A stretch of 32,000 nt of DNA, taken from NCBI RefSeq assembly GCF_000009045.1, contig NC_000964.3, forward strand, positions 1,890,001 to 1,922,000, given 5' to 3'. Positions 19,086-28,405 of this stretch are shown here, piece by piece. This stretch comes from Bacillus subtilis subsp. subtilis str. 168. GTDB lineage: Bacteria > Bacillota > Bacilli > Bacillales > Bacillaceae. How positions within the stretch are numbered: position 1 is the stretch's first letter; each line of letters opens with the position of its first letter. The notes beneath the pieces are model-generated. The model worked only from the letters and a program-made list of their open reading frames with translations, was not told the DNA's origin and did no database searches. A program made the translations under genes and the position numbers.

Positions 19086-20177
19086 ATGTTCAGCCCAACC
19101 AGTAAAATCACAACCGCTCAGGCAACGATTATCATCATTAATTATATGCTTGCTGCCGGAGTTCTTACGCTCCCTCGGACAGTAACAGAACAAACACAAT
19201 CTCCTGATGGATGGATTTCAGTTTTATTAGGCGGGGTCCTAGCGGTAATAGCCGGGATGATTATAGCTAAATTAAGCCAGCAGTATCCTAAGGAGACCTT
19301 TTATGAATACTCCCGACATATTGTAGGAAAATGGCTCGGGCATCTGATCAGTATTGTTTTTATTACTTATTTTCTGGCACTCGGTGCATTTGAAGTCAGA
19401 GTCATGTCCGAAATCGTGGATTTTTTTCTCCTCGAAGGGACACCTTCTTGGGCCATCATTATGACAGTTCTTTGGATTGGGCTTTATTCAATTACACAAG
19501 GCCTAGATCCGATTGCACGGCTTTTTGAAATGATTTTTCCGATTACGGTCATCATCTTTTTAACGATAGCCCTCATGAGTTTAGGCATATTTGAGATCAA
19601 CAATTTGCGCCCTGTATTAGGTGATGGAATCATGCCGGTTCTTAGAGGTGTAAAGACAACGAACCTTTCATTTACATGTTCAGAAATTATGTTCATTTTA
19701 GTAGCATTTATGAAAAAGCCGAAAAATGCGGTGAAAGCAGTTGTGATCGGGACAGGCGTTGTGACCAGTTTTTATATGATTACGATGATTATGGTCATCG
19801 GTGCACTATCAGTTGAGGGAGTTGTGACGAGAACATGGCCGGGGCTTGACCTGATGAGAAGTTTTGAAATACCTGGTTTAATATTTGAACGGTTTGAATC
19901 ATTTCTGCTTGTGATTTGGATTATGCAGCTTTTTGCCACGTTTATTATCACTTTTTATGCAGCTTCCCTGGGAGTCTCACAAGTTTTTAAAAAGAAACCC
20001 CTTTCATGTATGTTTGGGCTGCTTCCTGTTATATATATCCTCTCTTGCATGCCGAAAAATGAAAATGACGTCTTTATATTGGGCGATACGGTCAGTCATA
20101 TCGCTTTGTATATATTTGGCGCTTTGCCGATTTTGCTGTTAGTCATTTCGAAATGGAGGAAAAGAGGTGAAAAGTAA
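19086..20177 (+). CDS. yndE: spore germination receptor B-subunit (GerAB, APC-superfamily)
   Basis: 363 aa, 10-TM-like pattern; ATIIIINYMLAAGVLTLPRTV. Confidence 0.95.
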   Translation: MFSPTSKITTAQATIIIINYMLAAGVLTLPRTVTEQTQSPDGWISVLLGGVLAVIAGMIIAKLSQQYPKETFYEYSRHIVGKWLGHLISIVFITYFLALGAFEVRVMSEIVDFFLLEGTPSWAIIMTVLWIGLYSITQGLDPIARLFEMIFPITVIIFLTIALMSLGIFEINNLRPVLGDGIMPVLRGVKTTNLSFTCSEIMFILVAFMKKPKNAVKAVVIGTGVVTSFYMITMIMVIGALSVEGVVTRTWPGLDLMRSFEIPGLIFERFESFLLVIWIMQLFATFIITFYAASLGVSQVFKKKPLSCMFGLLPVIYILSCMPKNENDVFILGDTVSHIALYIFGALPILLLVISKWRKRGEK

Positions 20178-21381
20178 ACTAAAACGTCAATTGCCTGCTA
20201 TGGTCATAGTATGTCTGCTGATGATTTGCGTAACAGGATGCTGGAGCAGTCGGGAAATAGAAGATCTGGGTCTCACATTCGCTATCGCAATTGATAAAGG
20301 AAAAGAAACGAACACTGAAAAAGAGTTAAAAGAAGAGGGCGGGAGCTATCCGAAAAAAGACAACATTACGCTGACCTATCAATTTGTTAATGAAAAAGCG
20401 GCAGGCGCGGGCACAAGCGGGGGAGGCGGTAGCGGACAAGGAGCGCAAAAAGCGTACATTAATATAAGTGAAACAGGGGATTCATTACAGCAGATCGGAA
20501 GTGAGGTTGCATTAAGACGGGACCGAGAAGTGTTTAGCCCGCATTTAAAAGTTGTTGTCATGAGTGAAGATGTGCTGCACACATTTCCTATCGACGAAAT
20601 GCTGGATCAATTTTTTCGTGATAATGAAATCAGGCTGAGCTGTCTTGTTTTATCTGCTAAAGGGGAAGCAAGAGACGCTCTCCAGCTGAAAGAGAACGGA
20701 GAAATTCCGGCATTTCGGCTGATTGGATTAGGTGAAAATGAACATAAAGTTTCCAGAATTCTTCCCCCTATGACACTCGCGAAACTAATTGGAAAACTGC
20801 ATTCTGGCAGCAGCTTTTTACTGCAAAATGTGGTTGCGGCGAATGGAGCGGTCAAGTATTCCGGAGCAGCTGTAATCAACGGAAAATCGAAAAAAATGAT
20901 AGGCACCTTAAATGAATATGAAACTGAGGGGATTACATGGATTAGAGGAGAAGGGAAAGGCGGAGTTGTCAAAAGTCATGATAAAAAGAGCCAACAGACG
21001 TTAGCGTACGATATCAATAAAATCAAAAGCAGAATTCAGCCAATCGTAAAAGGGAAAGATATTTCATTCCATGTCGATATTGAATCAGAAGGCGATTTGG
21101 TTGAAAACTGGAACACAAAAGAGGCGTTGGACACCCAGTTTATAGATCGTCTCGAAACGACTATTGAAAACGAGGTAAAGAAAATAGTTGGTCAGGTATT
21201 AAAAAAAATTCAGCATGATTATAAAGCAGATGTTGCGGGTTTTGATGAATCTTTTAGACTTACATATCCTCACTTATGGAAAAGGGTGAAAAATAACTGG
21301 GATGACACCTTCAGTAAAGCCGACATCACATACAGTGTGAACGTCACAATTACTCATTTCGGCACGGTTAAAACTCAGTAA
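20167..21381 (+). CDS. yndF: spore germination receptor C-subunit lipoprotein (GerAC)
   Basis: 404 aa; lipobox MICVTGCWSSREIEDLG; overlaps yndE by 11 nt. Confidence 0.95.
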   Translation: MKSKLKRQLPAMVIVCLLMICVTGCWSSREIEDLGLTFAIAIDKGKETNTEKELKEEGGSYPKKDNITLTYQFVNEKAAGAGTSGGGGSGQGAQKAYINISETGDSLQQIGSEVALRRDREVFSPHLKVVVMSEDVLHTFPIDEMLDQFFRDNEIRLSCLVLSAKGEARDALQLKENGEIPAFRLIGLGENEHKVSRILPPMTLAKLIGKLHSGSSFLLQNVVAANGAVKYSGAAVINGKSKKMIGTLNEYETEGITWIRGEGKGGVVKSHDKKSQQTLAYDINKIKSRIQPIVKGKDISFHVDIESEGDLVENWNTKEALDTQFIDRLETTIENEVKKIVGQVLKKIQHDYKADVAGFDESFRLTYPHLWKRVKNNWDDTFSKADITYSVNVTITHFGTVKTQ

Positions 21382-21527
21382 TGAATCCCAAGGAAGAGAA
21401 GGAAACCTCTCTTCTCTTTTTTATGCATTTATTAGGATAAAGATACTTTTTTTGGAGAGATATACACTTTTCAAATCGACCAATATGCTAATATAGGAAT
21501 TGCTTGAAATAGAAGGGAGAAGGGGCT

Positions 21528-22334
21528 GTGAGGCAGAAACCGATTTATGTAGAAATCGAAATGAAATCTGATCTGGATACACTCTGGGAATATACACAAA
21601 ACCCATCACTGCATAAGGAATGGGATCTCCGGTTTTCAAATATTACGTATTTGAATAGTCAGCCATGCGAAAAACAGAAGTTTCTTTACGAAACAAGGGT
21701 AGGCTTTGGATTAAAGGTGTCAGGTACAGGAGAAACCGTCGGTGTTTTCAACAAATGTTCATCTGAAAGGTCTTCTTCACTGGCTTTTGGCTCTGATCAT
21801 CCATTATCTCTGATTCGGCATGGAAGCGGCTACTGGAAGTATATACAGAGAGAAAATGGGAAAATGACGTTTTTAACACAGTACCAATACAAAACAGCCT
21901 ACGGACTGCTGGGAAGATGGATTGATCGTTTATTATTTCGGCCGCTGCTTGGCTGGGCGACTGCCTGGAGCTTTGATGCATTAAGGCTTTGGGTAGAGCA
22001 AAATAAACATCCGAAGCGCTTCATTCGATCTGCTATCATCTATGTGTTCATGTGTCTGTTTTTCAGCCTGTTTTGGTTCTATCAAGGCTTTGCAGGTGTT
22101 AAGACAAGCATATTGACAGGAACAGCGGAGATAGGCTTAGCTATTTTGTGGCTGCTTCCTTTAAAAAGAAAATGGATCATTCATGGTGTCCAGGCTTGTA
22201 TTTTTGCTGGGTTTGCTTGTCTAGGTTCCGAAATATTCATGTGGGTTCTATTGAGTGTGTTTTCCGCTGCAAGCGGCGCTCTTAGCCTGCAGCTCCCCAG
22301 TGCCAGGCGCACAAAACGAAAGAGAAAGAAGTGA
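21528..22334 (+). CDS. yndG: SRPBCC-like N-terminal domain plus membrane C-terminus, unknown function
   Basis: 268 aa; PIYVEIEMKSDLDTLWEYTQNPSLHKEWDLRFSNI; RBS AGAAGGGAG. Confidence 0.88.
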   Translation: MRQKPIYVEIEMKSDLDTLWEYTQNPSLHKEWDLRFSNITYLNSQPCEKQKFLYETRVGFGLKVSGTGETVGVFNKCSSERSSSLAFGSDHPLSLIRHGSGYWKYIQRENGKMTFLTQYQYKTAYGLLGRWIDRLLFRPLLGWATAWSFDALRLWVEQNKHPKRFIRSAIIYVFMCLFFSLFWFYQGFAGVKTSILTGTAEIGLAILWLLPLKRKWIIHGVQACIFAGFACLGSEIFMWVLLSVFSAASGALSLQLPSARRTKRKRKK

Positions 22335-22338
22335 CATT

Positions 22339-22956
22339 GTGAGTTCGATTTATGAAAAATCAATTATTAACTATCATTTGCTGCATCCCAAGCTGCAGAA
22401 ACGGTACCAATTAGACGGGTCTCATACATTCAGCGGGACGGGAACGATGTCAGAAATAAGCGGAGGCTCTTTTCTGGTTAGAATGCTGTTAAAGCTGGGT
22501 GTTTTTTTCAGATGCTTCTTTTCAGAAAGAGGCAAAGACATTCCATTTACAATACAAAATAGAACTTGTCTTTTGAAATCGCAACATACAGGAATAGAAT
22601 GGAATCGTACATTTTTCTTTAAAGGCAAAAAACGTTTCTTTGATGCGTTAATGATATATGACGAGAAAGAAAATAGAATACTTGATTTCTTCGGCAAACC
22701 TCATCTGCTGCTGTCTGTTTTGACGTTCGAGGCATCTCTTGACGGCTCTCTTACGATCACATCGGGAAAGCAATGGCTATTGATATGCGGAAAAAGAATC
22801 CCGCTGCCGAAATGGCTGACCGGTACATCCGAAGTTTGCGAAACGTTTGATGAAAAAAAGAATTGTTTCACCATTGAAGTGCATGTGCAAAATACAATTC
22901 TTGGCACTCTTTTCTTTTATAAGGGAACGTTTCAGGAGGAAGAGAGAGAATCATGA
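22339..22956 (+). CDS. yndH: DUF4166-type/unknown protein YndH (205 aa; GTG start; track ORF begins further upstream inside yndG)
   Basis: GTG AGT TCG ATT TAT GAA... in the frame of the 22255 ORF; begins just after the yndG stop, RBS AAGAAAGAAG-like. Confidence 0.78.
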   Translation: MSSIYEKSIINYHLLHPKLQKRYQLDGSHTFSGTGTMSEISGGSFLVRMLLKLGVFFRCFFSERGKDIPFTIQNRTCLLKSQHTGIEWNRTFFFKGKKRFFDALMIYDEKENRILDFFGKPHLLLSVLTFEASLDGSLTITSGKQWLLICGKRIPLPKWLTGTSEVCETFDEKKNCFTIEVHVQNTILGTLFFYKGTFQEEERES

Positions 22957-24593
22957 AACGAAATGGCATAGTCAGTGCGCTTTGTTTTATTGGATTTCTT
23001 GCAGCAGAAGCACCGGATATTTCAGTGGCAGAGGCACTCGTTTTGTTATCCATTCTATTTTTCGTGCCGGGAATTTTTCCTTTTGTTTTTCGTCAATCTC
23101 CGGTTCGTGCTGCTCAGTTTATGGAAAACGGGCTAATCCAGTGCTATCCTGTAGCCGCATTCTTTGCGGTGCTGGCTCTAGTGACGGAGGTTGGGGGTTT
23201 CGCACTTATCTGGTGGATGTACACAGTTTTTAATGCATTGTATGCGATCCTCCGCCTTTGGGAAACAAAGATACATAGAATCGAAGAGACATCAGTTTTG
23301 TTCGGTCTTATTTATTTGGCGGGAGGAGGATTTTGGTTTTTTGCTTATGCTGCCCATTTGCAGATCATGCAATTTGGCCCTCTCATCATTTTGCTGACTG
23401 CTGTCCACTTTCACTATTCTGCTTTTCTGATCCCGATCTTCAACGGTTTACTCGGCAGAACCATTAGAAAACATCGGATGTTGTACAGTTGGATAACATG
23501 GGTGATTTTGCTTTCGCCCCTTCTTATCGCACTGGGCATCACATATTCAAAAACACTTGATGTCATTGCGGTTAGCATTTATATGGCGGCGATTTATCTT
23601 CATGCATTTTTGGTGTTCACGGCAGCTTTTCGCACCAAGACGGGGACATTTCTTATTCGGCTTTCTTCCGCTGTTTTAATGATAACGATTGCTTTCTCGA
23701 TGATTTATTCATTTGGTGTCTTTCGGCAAGAAGTTACATTGACCATCAATCAGATGATTTGGATTCACGGTTTTGTCAACGCGTTTGGTGTTATCTTGCC
23801 CGCTCTCATAGGGTGGAGAATAGAGGATGCGAAACCTTTTGATGCAGACAGTGTAAAGACATTCAGCCGTATCTACGGAAAAAGAAAGATTGGAGAAGAA
23901 TTTTTAGCTAACATTCAAGCTGAAAATAACGCTCGGTACAGCGGACTTGTGGATGATATGGGCAGCCTGCGTTCAAAAGATTTTTCACCAGAAAAACTGG
24001 CGCCGCTCATTCTTTCGTTTTATGAACAAACCATCGAATACAATATTAAAGCAAAAGTAACATGGAGCACGTGGTTTCGGCCGCTTGCAATTATTTACGA
24101 ATGGTTCAGCAGAAGAATCGGCCAAATACATCTTTCGACGAACCCTGACTGGTATAGGATGTACAGCAAGATAAAAGGTGTTCATTCGAAAAAAGACGGA
24201 AGGGAAAGAGTACGTGCCTGGATTAGAACAAATGAAAAAAACGAAACCATTTTTACCGCTCTTTATTCAGTGTATCGTTCAAATGGAGAGGGGTATATGA
24301 ATATTTCTTTACCGCTTCCATTCAGCAGCATGACAGGTATTTTAAAACCATATCATCATCAGGAGAAGCTGGTTTTAACAAGCAGGCGGAGAAAAAGCAG
24401 AGCGGGGGATGAGGGGATTTATCTGCAAACAAGAGCGGGAACTTGTCCGCTTCCTTTATCTGAAACCTTTCTGATAGAAGCTGTACATGACAACAAATTA
24501 ACCGCTGTTCATCATATGTGGCTGTTTGGAATAAAATTTCTAACTGTTCATTACAGCATTACACATATTAACCAGCCTATTGAAAGAACCTAA
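22953..24593 (+). CDS. yndJ: YndJ-like integral membrane protein
   Basis: 546 aa; ATGA overlap with yndH; many TM segments. Confidence 0.88.
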   Translation: MKRNGIVSALCFIGFLAAEAPDISVAEALVLLSILFFVPGIFPFVFRQSPVRAAQFMENGLIQCYPVAAFFAVLALVTEVGGFALIWWMYTVFNALYAILRLWETKIHRIEETSVLFGLIYLAGGGFWFFAYAAHLQIMQFGPLIILLTAVHFHYSAFLIPIFNGLLGRTIRKHRMLYSWITWVILLSPLLIALGITYSKTLDVIAVSIYMAAIYLHAFLVFTAAFRTKTGTFLIRLSSAVLMITIAFSMIYSFGVFRQEVTLTINQMIWIHGFVNAFGVILPALIGWRIEDAKPFDADSVKTFSRIYGKRKIGEEFLANIQAENNARYSGLVDDMGSLRSKDFSPEKLAPLILSFYEQTIEYNIKAKVTWSTWFRPLAIIYEWFSRRIGQIHLSTNPDWYRMYSKIKGVHSKKDGRERVRAWIRTNEKNETIFTALYSVYRSNGEGYMNISLPLPFSSMTGILKPYHHQEKLVLTSRRRKSRAGDEGIYLQTRAGTCPLPLSETFLIEAVHDNKLTAVHHMWLFGIKFLTVHYSITHINQPIERT

Positions 24594-24629
24594 CACAAAG
24601 AAGAAGCTTCGTCTGCCAGTTGTAATGAG

Positions 24630-24995
24630 ATGAACTGTTTTAAAATTCTGCACCGCATCAAGACAGGAAAGGAAGGGTTTATGGTGTTTTATATCAGTTT
24701 ATTTCTGATTCTTTGGCTGGCTGCTGGGTTTGCAGTGGGAATGAAACAAGTGTATGTCGATCAGCTGTTTGATAAAGCTGTGATCGAAAGACTGGAAAAA
24801 GAAGCGAATGATCATGGACATGCTGACCGGATGATCAAACAGCGCGTCCTTTATATTGCAGCAGTGACAGTAAGCGGGTTTATTTCTGTTTATTATGAAA
24901 TGAAAACAATCCCGCAAAGGCGAAACATAAGAAAAATTGAAAAAAACATCATGAAATTAAATCAAGCAAAAAAACGAAGAATGAAGAGAAAATAA
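24630..24995 (+). CDS. yndK: small membrane protein YndK (121 aa)
   Basis: Two hydrophobic segments and a very basic C-terminus; possible alternative start at MVFYISLFLIL (24681) with RBS GGAAAGGAAGGG. Confidence 0.75.
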   Translation: MNCFKILHRIKTGKEGFMVFYISLFLILWLAAGFAVGMKQVYVDQLFDKAVIERLEKEANDHGHADRMIKQRVLYIAAVTVSGFISVYYEMKTIPQRRNIRKIEKNIMKLNQAKKRRMKRK

Positions 24996-25220
24996 AAAGT
25001 GCACAGGCCAAAGGGCAGGTGCATTTTTGTTTTGTATGGAAAATGGGGGAGGTGGTGCCAGCTTACTTTTCATAAATTCAAAAATGAGAAGAACAGCGCC
25101 CGGGCTAATGGTATATAATATTGTGAATTTAACAAAAATTTAACAAGGAGGACGAGAGAATTCGTGCTAAAGCCTCAAAGAGACCTACATTCTGTTGATT
25201 TGGACTTAGAGGCGGAGTAG

Positions 25221-25979
25221 ATGAAACCGGCCAAAGTATCCCTGCTCCGCCGTTTGCTCCATTCCTTGAAGCATGTTGATTGTAACATAGCCAAACGTTT
25301 TCCATCAACTATTAAAATTGTAAAATTATTGATGATTTTTATGGTGTTTACTCCGATTTCTTCAATTTATGCTGAAGATGTATATCAGAATTTTGAGGAA
25401 TTAAAAAACAATGAAGATCCTTCTGATTATGGCGTTGTTACGAAAGAAACCGGAAGCCCTGTTCTTGTTTTAGCTATTCACGGAGGAGGTATTGAAGGCG
25501 GGACAAGTGAAGTAGCGAGAGAGCTCAGCAAAGAGTACTCGATGTATTTATTTGAAGGCTTAAAATCGGCAGGAAACTCAGTCCTGCACATTACGAGCAC
25601 ACACTTTGATGAACCTCGGGCCCTTAAAATGACGGGAAATCATGAATATGTCATTTCATTACACGGGTACGCAGAAGAAGATCAGCAGATCGAAGTCGGC
25701 GGTACAGATCGCGTAAGAGCGGCAGATTTAGTTGAGAAATTGCAGCATGCCGGTTTTCCTGCTGTATTGCTCAATATGGACCATCCGCATGCGGGCGTTA
25801 GTCCGAATAACATTGCAAATAAATCAAAAACAGGTTTAAGTATTCAGATAGAAATGAGCACAGGGTTTCGAAAGTCTTTGTTCGGCATCTTTTCTTTAAA
25901 AAGCAGAGCTGTTACTCAAAATGAGAGGTTTTATGAGTTTACAGAAGTGATGTTCCGTTTTCTCAAAAATAGCTACTGA
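25221..25979 (+). CDS. yndL: poly-gamma-glutamate hydrolase-family protein (PghP-like)
   Basis: 252 aa; VLVLAIHGGGIEGGTSEVARELS ... LHITSTHFDEPRAL ... VISLHGYAEEDQQIEVGG. Confidence 0.87.
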   Translation: MKPAKVSLLRRLLHSLKHVDCNIAKRFPSTIKIVKLLMIFMVFTPISSIYAEDVYQNFEELKNNEDPSDYGVVTKETGSPVLVLAIHGGGIEGGTSEVARELSKEYSMYLFEGLKSAGNSVLHITSTHFDEPRALKMTGNHEYVISLHGYAEEDQQIEVGGTDRVRAADLVEKLQHAGFPAVLLNMDHPHAGVSPNNIANKSKTGLSIQIEMSTGFRKSLFGIFSLKSRAVTQNERFYEFTEVMFRFLKNSY

Positions 25980-25982
25980 AAA

Positions 25983-26011
25983 ATAGGAGGCGATAAGACA
26001 GCCTCCTATTC
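25983..26011. terminator. hairpin AATAGGAGGC / GCCTCCTATT between convergent yndL and yndM
   Basis: Perfect 10-bp stem overlapping the yndM stop region. Confidence 0.75.
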
Positions 26012-26455
26012 CTTATGCTTCTCTTTCGTTTCGGGAAACAGCTCGTCCGCGGCTTCCGTTTGATACTGCAACGTGTTATCTCTCGCTGACAGTTCATTTC
26101 GGAAATTTTCATCAAGCACATTTTTCAGTAAATACCGATGAAAAAAGTATTCAAAAACAGTAAGACAGGCAGCGGAAAGGAGAGCCGCTCCAAATGGTGA
26201 GAAATCGTTTCTTGTTTGGGTTAAAACAAATACCCAAAGAATAACGAATGAAAGGCCAAAGTCAGCCAATGAAGCTGTAATATTGTTTGTTCTGGGTAAG
26301 ACGAGCATGTCACCAGAAAGATAGGAAACAAAACCTAAGAAAAGTGCAATAAACATCACACTTAAAAAGGATGCGTGATAGACTCTGTCCAAAATCACAT
26401 ATAAAAGGGCGAGAGTGAAAGCAATCTTTGAAGCAAGCGCAATGATATGTTTCAT
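26006..26455 (-). CDS. yndM: DUF2512-like membrane protein YndM (149 aa from MKHIIAL; track ORF extends to 26545)
   Basis: MKHIIALASKIAFTLALLYVILDRVYHASFLSVMFIALFLGFVSYLSGDMLVLP. Confidence 0.85.
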   Translation of the reverse strand: MKHIIALASKIAFTLALLYVILDRVYHASFLSVMFIALFLGFVSYLSGDMLVLPRTNNITASLADFGLSFVILWVFVLTQTRNDFSPFGAALLSAACLTVFEYFFHRYLLKNVLDENFRNELSARDNTLQYQTEAADELFPETKEKHKE

Positions 26456-26599
26456 TTGACCACCTAAATTGTTATTTTTTGAAGAAAATTCTTGGGCGTA
26501 AACAAATGATAAATAATGCAATTCAAAACCATTCATAATGGTCATGTTACTATTTTAAACAGTCCGTTTTTGTTTACACTGGTATTTTTTTCAGCTGTA

Positions 26600-26626
26600 T
26601 GAAACTTTCTTATGAAAAAAGTCGTA
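26600..26626 (+). promoter_or_regulatory. sigma-W-type promoter of fosB: TGAAAC - 17 nt - CGTA
   Basis: Direct reading; sigma-W control of fosB is established in B. subtilis. Confidence 0.75.
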
Positions 26627-26662
26627 TATGTGGATGATCAGCTTTCAAGGGGGGAATGATTT

Positions 26663-27097
26663 GTGGAGATAAAAGGAATCAATCACTTGCTATTTTCAGT
26701 TTCGCATTTGGATACATCGATTGATTTTTATCAAAAAGTGTTTGGTGCAAAGCTTTTGGTAAAGGGAAGAACAACTGCATATTTTGATATGAACGGCATC
26801 TGGCTAGCGCTTAATGAAGAACCAGACATCCCGAGAAATGACATTAAGCTTTCTTATACCCATATTGCTTTTACAATTGAAGATCATGAATTTGAGGAGA
26901 TGTCAGCTAAATTAAAAAGACTTCATGTCAATATTCTGCCTGGCAGAGAACGAGATGAACGCGATCGAAAATCAATTTATTTTACCGACCCTGACGGCCA
27001 CAAATTTGAATTTCATACCGGAACCCTTCAAGACAGGCTTCGATATTACAAACAAGAAAAAACGCATATGCACTTTTATGATGAAACGGCCTTTTGA
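26663..27097 (+). CDS. fosB: metallothiol transferase FosB (fosfomycin resistance)
   Basis: [51 protein letters not shown]. Confidence 0.96.
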   Translation: MEIKGINHLLFSVSHLDTSIDFYQKVFGAKLLVKGRTTAYFDMNGIWLALNEEPDIPRNDIKLSYTHIAFTIEDHEFEEMSAKLKRLHVNILPGRERDERDRKSIYFTDPDGHKFEFHTGTLQDRLRYYKQEKTHMHFYDETAF

Positions 27098-27155
27098 TAG
27101 CACAACCATATTTCATATAAGGTTAAATTTAAAGAAGGGTGTTGGTGGAGACTTT

Positions 27156-27302
27156 ATGTTTGGGGAAGGTTTCTACCCGACTTGTTCAACGATGCCATAT
27201 CTTTTGAACTGCACAAGTGATTGGGTGAAGGTGAAATTGAAATACACATTACATTACATTTTATATGAAGAAAGCGAGCTGTTTTATCAAATGTTGAACT
27301 AA
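27156..27302 (+). CDS. candidate 48-aa small ORF downstream of fosB
   Basis: GGTGGAG, 5-nt gap, ATG; MFGEGFYPTCSTMPYLLNCTSDWVKVKLKYTLHYILYEESELFYQMLN. Confidence 0.35.
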   Translation: MFGEGFYPTCSTMPYLLNCTSDWVKVKLKYTLHYILYEESELFYQMLN

Positions 27303-27469
27303 TTAAACTATGTACTAAATTTTCAGTATATTTCAATTGCTTTGCCCCTTAATAAATATAAAACCGCATCCTTCCACGACCTAAAAAATGAAACGTTTTT
27401 AAGAAGATGGCGTCTAATATTCTAAATGTTCATATTTTGATAAAAGTTTCCTAAAGGAAAGAAAATTTC

Positions 27470-27498
27470 TTGACTTCAACAATCTTTTGGTGGATAAT
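27470..27498 (+). promoter_or_regulatory. strong sigma-A promoter: TTGACT - 17 nt - GATAAT
   Basis: Direct reading; ends about 40 nt before a GC-rich terminator hairpin. Confidence 0.7.
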
Positions 27499-27504
27499 TA
27501 TGGT

Positions 27505-27573
27505 GTAAACATGATGTTCTTTTTCCTCCTATTCGGGCTCGCACCCAAAAGTCAGGGCGAGCCTGCTTTTTTT
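27505..27573 (+). ncRNA. candidate ~70-nt small RNA (or micro-ORF transcript) between fosB and lexA
   Basis: Promoter at 27470-27498 and terminator GGCTCGC (27536-27542)/GCGAGCC (27557-27563) + T7; C/U-rich unpaired 5' part TTCTTTTTCCTCCT. Confidence 0.5.
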
Positions 27574-27581
27574 GAACAACA

Positions 27582-27611
27582 AACCCCCTCTCCGTAAAGG
27601 AAGAGGGGGTT
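27582..27611. terminator. hairpin AACCCCCTCT / AGAGGGGGTT downstream of lexA
   Basis: Perfect 10-bp stem, 10-nt loop. Confidence 0.8.
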
Positions 27612-27638
27612 ATTTTATGCATCTGATAGATCAATAGA

Positions 27639-28256
27639 TTAATGGACGGTTCTGAACACGCCAATCACTTTCCCTAGAATGCTGACATTCTGCAAAATGA
27701 TAGGTTCCATCGTTGGGTTCTCAGGCTGCAAGCGAATGTGGGTATCCTCTTTATAGAATCGTTTTACAGTTGCTTCATCATCTTCTGTCATCGCAACTAC
27801 AATTTCCCCATTGTTCGCTGTGTTTTGCTGTTTAACGATGACATAGTCCTTATCGAGAATACCAGCATCTATCATACTGTCTCCCATAATCTCCAGCATA
27901 AATACATGCTCGTCTGGAGGAACCATGCGGTCAGGGAGCGGAAAATATTCTTCAATATTTTCTACTGCTGTAATAGGAGATCCCGCCGTGACTTTCCCGA
28001 TGACCGGTACATTAACGACCTGGCTTTGCGGAATGTCTACTTCTTCATCAAGAATTTCTATTGCTCTTGGTTTTGTCGGATCTCGTCTGATCAGCCCTTT
28101 TGTTTCCAAACGGGCCAAATGGCCGTGGACAGTAGAACTGGACGCAAGCCCGACAGCCTCTCCGATCTCTCTCACGGAAGGCGGATATCCTTTTGATTTA
28201 ACCTCTGCTTTAATAAAACGGAGGATATCAAGTTGCCTTTTTGATAGCTTCGTCAT
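27639..28256 (-). CDS. lexA: LexA/DinR SOS repressor (205 aa; track ORF uses an upstream start at 28265)
   Basis: [51 protein letters not shown]; cleavage region VTAGSP; GDSMIDAGI. Confidence 0.98.
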   Translation of the reverse strand: MTKLSKRQLDILRFIKAEVKSKGYPPSVREIGEAVGLASSSTVHGHLARLETKGLIRRDPTKPRAIEILDEEVDIPQSQVVNVPVIGKVTAGSPITAVENIEEYFPLPDRMVPPDEHVFMLEIMGDSMIDAGILDKDYVIVKQQNTANNGEIVVAMTEDDEATVKRFYKEDTHIRLQPENPTMEPIILQNVSILGKVIGVFRTVH

Positions 28257-28314
28257 TTTTCGCACCTCAAAACGTCGATTTTAAGAAGATTATAGCATGA
28301 TTTTCCTTACAGTA

Positions 28315-28328
28315 CAAACATAGGTTCG
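28315..28328. promoter_or_regulatory. weak LexA box CAAACATAGGTTCG
   Basis: 12/14 match to GRAACRYNYGTTCG. Confidence 0.55.
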
Positions 28329-28343
28329 AAAAAACAATTGACA

Positions 28344-28357
28344 GAAACGTTTGTTCG
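28344..28357. promoter_or_regulatory. LexA box GAAACGTTTGTTCG
   Basis: Full match to GRAACRYNYGTTCG. Confidence 0.88.
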
Positions 28358-28380
28358 TATATACTGAAATTATAAAAATG

Positions 28381-28394
28381 CGAACAAACATTCC
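28381..28394. promoter_or_regulatory. LexA box CGAACAAACATTCC
   Basis: One mismatch to CGAACRNRYGTTYC. Confidence 0.75.
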
Positions 28395-28405
28395 TGTTGG
28401 AGGTT

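Noticed and set aside
14832-27325. The 31-nt repeat pair as att sites bounding a 12-kb mobile element
   Set aside because: The interval contains core tatAC, yndA-yndM and the GerA-type operon in standard order, with no integrase, so the repeats are unlikely to be element ends.
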